Below are positions 33,404-40,696 of a stretch of DNA of 40,696 nucleotides, one piece after another. Both the position numbers and the translations under genes were made by a program. The notes below the pieces were generated by a model. It was given only the letters and a program-made list of their open reading frames with translations, searched no databases and had not been told where the DNA came from. Location of the stretch: positions 1-40,696 of the IMG/VR virus record IMGVR_UViG_3300038393_001363; one strand, given 5' to 3'. Source of the DNA: a virus. Lineage: Duplodnaviria; Caudoviricetes. The first letter of the stretch is position 1; every line of letters starts with the position of its first letter.

Positions 33404-33741
33404 TATTCGCCTCGGTAAGACTTCGCCCACTTATTCCAAGAATCCACGCCGGCCTCACGCGACACACAACCCATGTGCGACGGCCGAAGCTGACAACGCT
33501 CGGAACCTTCCGGCGTCATCATGTACGCGTCCGAACATCCGATATGCCAGCATCCCTTCCCGTGCTCGATGACGAGCGTTGTCTTGTTGCACACCGGACA
33601 GTTGTCCGGCTTCTCCGGGTTCATCAGTTTATCGAACGCGTCGGCAGCCGCTTCGACTCGTCTCGCGTCGGCGTAACTGAATTCGCCGACCTCGTGAAAG
33701 CCGTCGGTGATGCTGCGAAGGACGGCGGCGTGGTCGATCAT
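33403..33741 (-). CDS. Lar-like Zn-finger protein
   Basis: CPVC...WHIGC...C...EAGVDSWN. Confidence 0.65.
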   Translation of the reverse strand: MIDHAAVLRSITDGFHEVGEFSYADARRVEAAADAFDKLMNPEKPDNCPVCNKTTLVIEHGKGCWHIGCSDAYMMTPEGSERCQLRPSHMGCVSREAGVDSWNKWAKSYRGE

Positions 33742-33758
33742 TGGGTGTCCTTATCATG

Positions 33759-34313
33759 TCAACGCTTGAAACCAAAATCCTTCTTCTTGATCTTGGCCAT
33801 TCGCCCGTCGGGATGGTGGAAGACAATGCCTTCGACGTCCCGGTGCTCAAGGAAGTTTCTGATGCAGTCGAAACTCCGAGTCAACTCATAGTCGAACACC
33901 AGCCCGGGTGAACCGTGGGGGACGAGAGTGTGGCAGGCGAGTAGTTCGGGATTGCCCTGGACGTTTGGTCCAACCAACTCATATGTGCCGTCGTACTTCT
34001 CGTCGAGCAGGTCGAAAGCGGCGCGGAACCATTTATCTTCGGGGCCTTCGCCGACGGGAACCCAGCCCATGAGTTTGCGACCCACCGGGTCGACATCAAC
34101 CTGCTCAAAGCCTTCGGGCACCCGATACCCGTCTTTCACCTCACGCCGCTTATAGAGTTTGCCGTCGCGGATCATGCAGCACGCGCCGTCGACCTTTCGG
34201 GTTGGCACGCCTTCTCCCGCGAAGACCCATCCGCAATCAGGATGAGGTTCCCTCGTGACCAGGCTTCGATCGCCGTTCCAGTCGCGAACGAAAATTGTAG
34301 GCATCTTCTTCAT
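33759..34313 (-). CDS. Compact RNA-ligase-like nucleotidyltransferase (DUF5565 / RLIG1-like)
   Basis: MKKMPTIF.R, TRKVDGACC (KxDG motif I), GTYELVGP.VQGNP, LVPHG, EGIVFH..DGRMAKIK..DFG. Confidence 0.8.
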   Translation of the reverse strand: MKKMPTIFVRDWNGDRSLVTREPHPDCGWVFAGEGVPTRKVDGACCMIRDGKLYKRREVKDGYRVPEGFEQVDVDPVGRKLMGWVPVGEGPEDKWFRAAFDLLDEKYDGTYELVGPNVQGNPELLACHTLVPHGSPGLVFDYELTRSFDCIRNFLEHRDVEGIVFHHPDGRMAKIKKKDFGFKR

Positions 34314-34510
34314 GAATCGGTCTCCTTATCCCTCAACCCGTCCGCAACCTCGCGGATCAACCGCCCGGCCGCGTAGTACAGATTACGCGCCTGCTCTACC
34401 TTGAATCGATCGTCGCCTTCCAGCGCAAAGCCGAGTGTGACGATCTGCATCGCCACTGGCGCCATCGCGTTTTCGATCGCGACGGCGGCTTCGTAGTGAG
34501 ATTCAGGCAC
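34310..34510 (-). CDS. Hypothetical protein
   Basis: AAGGAG RBS; coupled to neighbours. Confidence 0.6.
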   Translation of the reverse strand: MPESHYEAAVAIENAMAPVAMQIVTLGFALEGDDRFKVEQARNLYYAAGRLIREVADGLRDKETDS

Positions 34511-35348
34511 GTGCTATCTCCTTCTCCACCGGAAACTCGCGGACCTTGATGCAGTCGAACCGCTCGCCCCATTCGTTCCAGTCCTCGCCCTTCTTGTCCT
34601 TCAGGACGATCCGCCTTTTGCCCGCAATAGATTCTTCACTGGGCGCGAAGAATGCGTAGGGCTCAGCTCCCAACTGTTTCACAAATGGATTGACCCCGAA
34701 CTTGCGACACTGATTCACAGTCGACCGAGCCCACGCGACGTTGAACGGTCGCGCCCCTTGCCCGCTCTCTCCACCAACAATGCACCAATCCGGCCGGTTC
34801 TTGTTTTGGAAGTGCTTGGTGAAATCGATCGGCCCCAGCGCCGGCTCATAACTCACGAAGCGGATCACGGCGGGGATCTCGGTGAGGATCGGTATCCGCT
34901 TGTCGGCGTACTCCTGATTCTCCACGGACACCCCAATCCACGCGTTCGCATAGCCGTCCCCCCAATCGGACGGGAGGCTTTCCATGGCCCGCTCGGGCCT
35001 CTTTGTTAGCAACTGCCAAGTAAGCCACGGAGTCTCGCGGATCATCGGCCAGAGCTTCAGCAGTTGGCCCTTGATCGTCTCATCGTCCAAGAAGACGTCC
35101 GTCATCGACGAGCAGAAGACCCGATGATTGCGGCCTTCCTTCTCGGCGTCACGGTTCCATTTCAACGGCTCGGACCAATACTTCTCGCCCATCGTCTTGC
35201 GGCCGGCGTTCTTGCCCCAATGGCTCTCGCCGAACCGGCCGTCCAGTTTCCAAGCGAAACAGTTCTCGCATCCGGGGCTGATCTTCCAGCAGCCCCAGGC
35301 AAGATTGAACGTGTGGTCGCACCAGCCTATGGAAGTCTTCTCAGCCAT
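34503..35348 (-). CDS. Phage Gp37/Gp68 (DUF5131) radical-SAM-like protein
   Basis: TSI.WCDHT.N..WGC.KISPGC.NC.A, VFCSSMTD.F, Q.LTKRPER, W.GVSVENQ, SYEP.LG, W.IVGGESG..ARP, FVKQLG. Confidence 0.92.
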   Translation of the reverse strand: MAEKTSIGWCDHTFNLAWGCWKISPGCENCFAWKLDGRFGESHWGKNAGRKTMGEKYWSEPLKWNRDAEKEGRNHRVFCSSMTDVFLDDETIKGQLLKLWPMIRETPWLTWQLLTKRPERAMESLPSDWGDGYANAWIGVSVENQEYADKRIPILTEIPAVIRFVSYEPALGPIDFTKHFQNKNRPDWCIVGGESGQGARPFNVAWARSTVNQCRKFGVNPFVKQLGAEPYAFFAPSEESIAGKRRIVLKDKKGEDWNEWGERFDCIKVREFPVEKEIARA

Positions 35349-35356
35349 ATGCTCTC

Positions 35357-35389
35357 ACTTTACTCATTTCATTGCCAAACGTCAATATC
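35357..35389 (-). promoter_or_regulatory. Sigma70 promoter with overlapping operator-like motif; near-leaderless transcript
   Basis: Minus strand TTGACG-17-TAAAGT, 8 nt before the ATG; ttcattg-ccaaacgt-caatatc at 35368-35389. Confidence 0.7.
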
Positions 35390-35398
35390 TCTATTCCG

Positions 35399-35442
35399 AA
35401 AAAAACGGCCCGCGCCGCCCTGTTCCGCATGCGGCGCGAGCC
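35399..35442 (-). terminator. Intrinsic terminator
   Basis: Minus strand GGCTCGCGCCGC-loop-GCGGCGCGGGCC-GTTTTTTT. Confidence 0.8.
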
Positions 35443-35464
35443 TGGCGTTCGCCATGCGACGCGT

Positions 35465-35935
35465 CTAGTCGTTCCCGGACAGTTCCTTGTATTGGCTCTC
35501 GGTTTCGTACCGCGAAACCATCTCGATCGCGAGCGCGAGGATGAGGGTCATCTCCGAGGCCAGCAGGTCGTGCTCGTTGTTGAATCCTGCGACGTACTTC
35601 ATGAAAACGTCGGCGGCCCGGTCGGTCATCTTCCTTCTGTCCTTCAACATCTGGTCCGGATCGGGTTTTTTCTCACGGTCCTTGGACATCAGTAGGCATC
35701 GCCTGAGCATCGAGTCTGGCGTCTGCTGCGGGCGGGAGTCGGCCCCGGAATCGAGGTGCGACGTCCAGCGTTCGGCCATGTGGTTGATCACGTCGCCCGG
35801 GAAACCCGTCGCGATATTGCAGGCGTTGGACGCTTCGTCGGAGCGGGTTTCACGAACGGCTGGCCCGCAAAGCGACTCCATGTTGTGCATGATGGCGCCT
35901 ATCCGCAAGGCCAAGTTTTCTTTGTGGTCAAGCAT
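35465..35935 (-). CDS. Hypothetical protein
   Basis: 156 aa; last gene before the terminator. Confidence 0.6.
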   Translation of the reverse strand: MLDHKENLALRIGAIMHNMESLCGPAVRETRSDEASNACNIATGFPGDVINHMAERWTSHLDSGADSRPQQTPDSMLRRCLLMSKDREKKPDPDQMLKDRRKMTDRAADVFMKYVAGFNNEHDLLASEMTLILALAIEMVSRYETESQYKELSGND

Positions 35936-35954
35936 GGTAGCAAGCTGTTGCGTA

Positions 35955-36176
35955 TCAAGAACAGTTCATGCGGAAGGCGCCGTTTATGAGTCGATCAGTT
36001 CGGCGATCATCAAAATCAATTGTATACGTCGTGGTACAGGAATCGACGCCGAGGCTATAAGTCACCGCCACCAGTCGACCGCGTCTCGGCTCATCCTTGA
36101 TCGTCGCCAAGACCGGCGCGACCGCAGTTGCAGCCACGATCGCGCCGGTCTTGGCGAGGAATGTGCGGCGGTTCAT
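35955..36176 (-). CDS. Small protein with twin-arginine (Tat) signal peptide
   Basis: MNRRTFLAKTGAIVAATAVAPVLA. Confidence 0.75.
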   Translation of the reverse strand: MNRRTFLAKTGAIVAATAVAPVLATIKDEPRRGRLVAVTYSLGVDSCTTTYTIDFDDRRTDRLINGAFRMNCS

Positions 36177-36190
36177 TGATCAGGCTCCGA

Positions 36191-36505
36191 TCAGGAATAG
36201 GTGCCGATCTTGCGATCCAGTTCGGCGACATTGACGCAGTAGGCGACCTGTTTCCTCGTGACAATGGACCCGTCTGATTCCATGTAGCGATGCGTCACAA
36301 GCAGCATCTCTCGGTCGTTGATCCGCGTGGCATCGACGCATTCGAGGTCGTAGCCGAGATACAGAAGTTTCGCCCCGTCCTTGAAGCGATTCGGCAGGAT
36401 CATGGTTTGACGGCGTGCTGCGGGCGACGACGCCTTGGTTGCAGACCCGAGCCCCATCGCCGCAAACAATCCGGCGACAGCCTTGCTGAACGATCGTCGA
36501 TTCAT
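36191..36505 (-). CDS. Small protein with Tat-like signal peptide
   Basis: MNRRSFSKAVAGLFAAMGLGSATKA. Confidence 0.75.
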   Translation of the reverse strand: MNRRSFSKAVAGLFAAMGLGSATKASSPAARRQTMILPNRFKDGAKLLYLGYDLECVDATRINDREMLLVTHRYMESDGSIVTRKQVAYCVNVAELDRKIGTYS

Positions 36506-36519
36506 TGATCAGGCTCAAA

Positions 36520-36849
36520 TCATGAGATATCGAACGGATAAACCGACGGCGGCGTAAGAAGCGGCCCATCGAACATGGTGACGTCGGCCTTCCTGAAGAT
36601 CACGCTTCCGTCCGGCTTGACGACCTGATACTCGCAAACCCAGGCGCGTTGCTTCGGCTTCCATCCGGGATACGGGCCTGTGTAACAGGTCTGGTTCAGG
36701 ATCTTGATCGTTGTCGACGCTTCCTGTGGCGCCTCGGTCTTCGGCTTCTTGGGCGGCAGGACGACGTCGGCCTTCGCCTTCACCCCGACCATCGCGCCGA
36801 CCGCCGCGAGGAAGCCGGTCGCCTTCTTGCCGAAGATTCTGCGGTTCAT
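36520..36849 (-). CDS. Small protein with Tat-like signal peptide
   Basis: MNRRIFGKKATGFLAAVGAMVGVKAKA. Confidence 0.75.
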   Translation of the reverse strand: MNRRIFGKKATGFLAAVGAMVGVKAKADVVLPPKKPKTEAPQEASTTIKILNQTCYTGPYPGWKPKQRAWVCEYQVVKPDGSVIFRKADVTMFDGPLLTPPSVYPFDIS

Positions 36850-37109
36850 TTTTCACTCCAAGGTTCGAGTTCGGATTCCTTGCAATACAAGTCGTTGATC
36901 CGGTTGGAGTCATCGACGTATCTCACGCTGGGCTCGCTTCCATTCTCGCGACGAATGACTCCACGCTTTCCATTGACCATGATTCGCACCGGCTCGCCGG
37001 CCTTGAACTTCGGGGGTGTAGGTTTAGCCAGATATGAAACGAACGCGACAATCGTCATGGCCACGAGAAAAGACAGGGCCGCATCCCTCCATCGCATGTC
37101 GTCGCTCAC
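36846..37109 (-). CDS. Membrane-anchored SH3/KOW-like small protein
   Basis: N-terminal TM then PKFKAGEPVRI..NGKRGVI.......V.Y..........E.ELE. Confidence 0.7.
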   Translation of the reverse strand: MSDDMRWRDAALSFLVAMTIVAFVSYLAKPTPPKFKAGEPVRIMVNGKRGVIRRENGSEPSVRYVDDSNRINDLYCKESELEPWSEK

Positions 37110-37112
37110 GCC

Positions 37113-37472
37113 TCACCCCTCGATCCCGTGTTCGGCCTTGAGATCCCGGATCTTCGCCTCAGCCTCGCGCTTCGCGTTCGCCTCTTCCATACGGGCCATC
37201 GCCAACGCCTGCGACCGAGGCCACTTTATGTCGCCGTTCTGGTCCTGCCACTCGACGACGCTTTCCTCGTGATCCACAACCATCGAATAGCCGCGCGCGG
37301 CGAGGTACGCGTTCTCGATCTCGATCAGCTTCGCCTTGGCTTCCTTCACGACCCTCTCGGCCGCTTCGATCTCGGCGTACCTGGGCTTAGCGTTGGATTG
37401 CCAGCCGTTTTGGAAGGTGATGATCGGGACGTTTCTCCAGTGACGCCCCACTCCCTCATTGCCGTCGCTCAA
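37113..37472 (-). CDS. Hypothetical protein, paralogue of 37469..37873
   Basis: Shared MSDxNE, Y.E.EAAE....EA.AK, IR.LKAEHGI. Confidence 0.75.
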   Translation of the reverse strand: MSDGNEGVGRHWRNVPIITFQNGWQSNAKPRYAEIEAAERVVKEAKAKLIEIENAYLAARGYSMVVDHEESVVEWQDQNGDIKWPRSQALAMARMEEANAKREAEAKIRDLKAEHGIEG

Positions 37473-37873
37473 ACTTCACCTCCAATCCCGTGCTCGGCCT
37501 TGAGCTTCCTGATCTGCTGCTCGGCCCGGTCCTTTTCCATCAGCCCGATGTTGTGCTCGTAGGACACCGCATCTTCAAGCGTCTGGGGCTCCGAATCCAC
37601 GCGATTCGGATGCTTCCAGAGGGCCGTGCATTGGGCGTAGTCGACGACCGGCTCCCATCCATGCGACTTGATGTAGGCGACGTAGGTCTCGAACATCTTC
37701 GCTCTGGCCTCGTCGGCGGCCTTCTCAGCCGCTTCGACCTCTTCGTACTTCATCTTGGGAGTCCTCGTGGTCCCTATGGTCCAATAGCCCGATTCACTGA
37801 GTCTGAGCGAGGTCGCGATCCCCGCCACGCCGGCTGCGTCCTTCGGCCCCTTGCTCTCGTTGCAGTCGCTCAT
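37469..37873 (-). CDS. Hypothetical protein, paralogue of 37113..37472
   Basis: Same shared motifs; tandem arrangement. Confidence 0.75.
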   Translation of the reverse strand: MSDCNESKGPKDAAGVAGIATSLRLSESGYWTIGTTRTPKMKYEEVEAAEKAADEARAKMFETYVAYIKSHGWEPVVDYAQCTALWKHPNRVDSEPQTLEDAVSYEHNIGLMEKDRAEQQIRKLKAEHGIGGEV

Positions 37874-37882
37874 CAGTTTCCC

Positions 37883-39028
37883 TCAAAACAACAACTTCAG
37901 AATGCCGGCTTCTTCCTCTCGCCACAGCCGCTTCAGGTCGCCGATCGTCTGGCTCGCCCCGAGTTCCTTCCTCAAGCGGAAGAGGATGCTCGTGAACGGC
38001 GTCTTCCCGATGATCGCCTGCGCGAATTCCTTCTGGCTCTCGATCGCCCTGTGCTCGGCCCATGTCTCGACGAGCCGCGCGTATGCCTCGCAGACGCGGC
38101 CCTTGGCCTTGTAGAATGCCCCCTCGACCTCGGGGAAGTACGTGAGCAGTTCCGACTCCTCGCCCGCCAGGATGAACGGCAGCAGGTGCTTCGGGTGGAA
38201 CAGGTTGTCGCCCTCGCCCTTGAGACGATGCAGGGCGAGATAGGTCGGGTTCTTGATCTTCCATCTGCGGAACTTCCGGTCGCAGATCACGACGCCCTCG
38301 TAGGTCGGATCGTCCGTGGACGCGGTCGCGAGGTAGTCCTGAATCTGCTCGATGCTCTCGAACTCGAACCTTTCCGGCCTTCGGAGCGGCGTATCTCTCG
38401 CTAATTCGTCGACATCCTCCGGTGTCATCTCCATGTGCCCGGAGAAGGCGGACAGGAGATACATGGTCGGCTCGACGTAGCGGCGGACCACCTTGTTCCA
38501 CGGCGAGCAGAATTCGCAGACGTAGGTGATCCCCTTGAGGAACCACGTCTTGCTGTTCAGGTCGTCGATCGATGACACGCCCAGAGCCTTGGCGATACCC
38601 TCACGCCACGTCATGTCGAGCCCCTGAAGCGTCCCGTGGGCGAACGACCCGCGCGTGTTGACGTGCCATTTTCCCTCGAAGTTGTAGAGCAGGCAAAGGC
38701 TCCCGTCTTCCTTGGTCTGCACGAGGAAGTCCGAGAAGTCGAATAGGCCCATCTCGTCGGCCACTTCGCCCCAATTGAAGAACCGAGAGAACCCCCGCGC
38801 CACGATCGACCAGTCGCGAGTATCCAGCGTCAAGCCACGGCATTCCCGCACGATGGGGTGGGTCTTGGGCGATTCGAGTTGGTCGTAGTTGACGATGACC
38901 AGCGGAAGCTCGGGGTGGATCGTCGACTTGATGCCGAACTCCGCGCCCAGGTCGCCGAGCGTCTTGCCCGATCGAAGGTACGCCTGGACGCCGAGGGTTC
39001 CGCATTCCAAGGTCGCCTGCTCGCTCAT
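37883..39028 (-). CDS. T4 Rnl1-like RNA ligase
   Basis: ECRGL.L......VARGF.RFFN.GE, KEDGSL (motif I), TRGSF, EFCSP.NKVV..Y, EGVV.......KIKN..Y; start MSEQ at 39028 (GGAG RBS, downstream of promoter). Confidence 0.9.
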   Translation of the reverse strand: MSEQATLECGTLGVQAYLRSGKTLGDLGAEFGIKSTIHPELPLVIVNYDQLESPKTHPIVRECRGLTLDTRDWSIVARGFSRFFNWGEVADEMGLFDFSDFLVQTKEDGSLCLLYNFEGKWHVNTRGSFAHGTLQGLDMTWREGIAKALGVSSIDDLNSKTWFLKGITYVCEFCSPWNKVVRRYVEPTMYLLSAFSGHMEMTPEDVDELARDTPLRRPERFEFESIEQIQDYLATASTDDPTYEGVVICDRKFRRWKIKNPTYLALHRLKGEGDNLFHPKHLLPFILAGEESELLTYFPEVEGAFYKAKGRVCEAYARLVETWAEHRAIESQKEFAQAIIGKTPFTSILFRLRKELGASQTIGDLKRLWREEEAGILKLLF

Positions 39029-39068
39029 CTCGCCACTCCAAAGCCTCGTTTCGCCAACCGCAACGCCA

Positions 39069-39112
39069 ATACTATCGGTCATTGATTTTACCGTCAACCC
39101 CGGATCAATGAT
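39069..39112 (-). promoter_or_regulatory. Leftward sigma70 promoter flanked by operator half-sites
   Basis: Minus strand TTGACG-17-TAGTAT; half-sites gtcattg (39078-39084) and caatgat (39106-39112). Confidence 0.7.
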
Positions 39113-39622
39113 TTTCGCCAAGAATTCCGAAAATCGGCCGGAACGCATCGAAACTCATGTAAGCGATTTATGCGTTTTGCCATTAAGGAAGTCGCGTACA
39201 CGCACACGCACGCGAAGAGGAATACTACTAGCGTTATTTATACAGGAATTCTTATTAACCGACGCTTCGCCGCTCGCCGTCGCTTTTCGCGCTTTTTCTC
39301 GCCAAGCGTTTTCACTACCGACGCCGAGACTGCCTTCTCGCTGCGCGAGGGCAGTTTTCAGTCTTTTCTTCAGGCGAAGCTTTTTCTTCTCGTCCGTATG
39401 CACGAACACCCAAAAGGGAGACGCGCGATGTCGATGTATTCTCATCGACGTCAAGCGGCTCGCAACCCGTCTTGTATACCGCGCTACGCTAGACTTCGGT
39501 CTGCGCTTTAACCCCGATGAAAGCCTCGGCCTGTTCTTGTACTCGCGCGGGCGGGCACGCGGGCGGACGCACACGCGCGAGGCGAATCGGTCGGTGGGAA
39601 CGGCGTTTCGACGGGCGATAAA

Positions 39623-39679
39623 ATCATTGGCAAAATTCAGTGAAGTGACGTTGACGGAATCATTGACGGCTTGTAGGAT
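39623..39679 (+). promoter_or_regulatory. Rightward sigma70 promoter with operator-like motif
   Basis: TTGACG(39651)-17-TAGGAT(39674); atcattg-gcaaaatt-cagtgaa at 39623-39644 and atcattg in the spacer. Confidence 0.7.
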
Positions 39680-39727
39680 GGGGCGACGTTGGAGATGAAT
39701 CGAGGCAGTGTTCTTGGAGATACGACG

Positions 39728-40012
39728 ATGGCAGTTGAGGTTCGATATCCGGCTGGCGAGGCCAAGGCCGCAGTGTTCATGGCCTACTCGGTTGAGAACA
39801 GCGGTGCTCAGCGGTTCTGCATCACGGCGACAGCGCAAGTCCGGTGGCGGGATTCGTCGATTGCATCGAAGCGGGAGTACGTCTATCCGCCCACTCTGAC
39901 GACTTCGGAAGGATTCTTCGTGGAGCGGATCGCCCAAGGCGAGTACGACGTTCACGTTCCGACTTACGACTCGACCAAGATCGTTCGCGTGAAGGCGAGC
40001 AACGGAATTTGA
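39728..40012 (+). CDS. Hypothetical protein
   Basis: GGAG RBS before MAVEVRY at 39728; first gene after the rightward promoter. Confidence 0.65.
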   Translation: MAVEVRYPAGEAKAAVFMAYSVENSGAQRFCITATAQVRWRDSSIASKREYVYPPTLTTSEGFFVERIAQGEYDVHVPTYDSTKIVRVKASNGI

Positions 40013-40034
40013 CCCTTAAGCCCAAGGAGCCATC

Positions 40035-40631
40035 ATGAGCACCGACACGCGACCCACGCCGCACACCGACGCCCTCGACACGCTCGGGAGCATCATCACA
40101 GAAAACGAGAAGCGCGACGCGATCCATCTTGCCGTCTACAACGCCGTCGCGGCCCACACGCTTCGTCCAGGCGACGACGTGGGCTTCATGGCCGATGGGA
40201 CGGTCGGGATCTACACGGACAATCCGGTCGGCATCGTGGACCCGTTCTTGAAGTCGAACGTCCAGAAGGGCCAAAGGTTCTGGCTCGTCGTTTACCCGCG
40301 CCAGATCACGTCGCTGCGGCACGTCTGGACGCACCCGGCGTTCCCGGAGGGGGATGAGGTTGTAAAGACTGAGGTCGTCGGAAACAGTTTCGTCGACATC
40401 TCCAAGCGTTGGATCGAGGAGTTTGCCCGCAAACTCTCCATGACGTACGGCCAGCTGATGGCAGCGGCCCAGGATCGGGTGGATAGAGGGCATTACACGC
40501 TCGACAACGGGGCTTACTACGCCGACTGCGACGACGAATTTCCGACGTTCTGGATGCACTATCAGATCGTGACCGGCGTGGCGTTGCCAAAGGACACGCA
40601 CGCGGGCTCGTTCTTTACCTGCTCTTGCTGA
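40035..40631 (+). CDS. Conserved-type phage hypothetical protein
   Basis: AAGGAG RBS; RDAIH.AV....A...L.PG..V...GIVDPFL...V..G.RFWL..YP..ITSLRH.WTHPAF; ends FTCSC. Confidence 0.85.
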   Translation: MSTDTRPTPHTDALDTLGSIITENEKRDAIHLAVYNAVAAHTLRPGDDVGFMADGTVGIYTDNPVGIVDPFLKSNVQKGQRFWLVVYPRQITSLRHVWTHPAFPEGDEVVKTEVVGNSFVDISKRWIEEFARKLSMTYGQLMAAAQDRVDRGHYTLDNGAYYADCDDEFPTFWMHYQIVTGVALPKDTHAGSFFTCSC

Positions 40632-40643
40632 AAGGAGAATCCA

Positions 40644-40696
40644 ATGAGTGACGAAGCCGTTGACAAGATGAAGGCGTTCTTCGAGAAGCACGACGA
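40644..40696 (+). CDS. Hypothetical protein, 5' part only (runs off the window)
   Basis: AAAGGAG RBS then ATG at 40644; frame open to the edge. Confidence 0.6.
   Translation, partial: MSDEAVDKMKAFFEKHD

Noticed and set aside
39029-39148. N-terminal extension of the RNA ligase given in the ORF track
   Set aside because: Contains the -35/-10 promoter; the RBS-supported start is 39028
38889-39955. 269-aa plus ORF, 266-aa minus ORF and 113-aa plus ORF across the strand-switch region
   Set aside because: Low-complexity Arg/Ser-rich translations with no convincing RBS; the two long ones run through promoters and real genes
1-40696. tRNA, rRNA, integrase, transposase or virion structural module
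   Set aside because: No cloverleaf or T-loop in intergenic DNA and no recognisable motifs seen by eye; tRNAscan-SE and HMM searches would be needed to exclude them formally

Overview
This window looks like 40.7 kb of a large, GC-rich dsDNA bacteriophage genome, from its early/middle, nucleotide-metabolism and accessory region. About 90 tightly packed, mostly short genes run on the minus strand with ATGA/TAATG-type overlaps, and the strand switches at ~39.1-39.7 kb. No capsid, terminase, integrase, tRNA or CRISPR array was seen. Recognisable genes: a stand-alone 5'-3' exonuclease, a GroES-like protein, an orphan MbcA/ParS/Xre-type antitoxin, ThyX, a Lar-fused dATP/dGTP diphosphohydrolase-like protein, two sigma70-family factors, several Lar-like Zn fingers, a RimI-like GNAT, a ~1390-aa LamG/repeat/glycoside-hydrolase-like protein, class II RNR (NrdJ), a PEP-CTERM protein, a MazG-like NTP-PPase, a dpdA-like/queE/queF-like 7-deazaguanine cassette, a GT-A glycosyltransferase, two different RNA ligases, a Gp37/Gp68 (DUF5131) protein and three tandem Tat-signal proteins. 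The RimI-like and PEP-CTERM genes suggest a Planctomycetota host (inference). Two non-coding signals stand out. (1) A ~210-nt ORF-less antisense unit at ~8595-8805 has its own near-consensus sigma70 promoter and terminator-like hairpin, and by eye folds as a rod with a central bubble; it is a candidate 6S-like or novel ncRNA. (2) A pseudo-palindrome ATCATTG-N8-CAATGAT recurs at seven full sites plus split half-sites, overlapping most sigma70 promoters. Family names come from motif recognition by eye, not database searches. Many starts were moved from the ORF track to the RBS- or overlap-supported codon.
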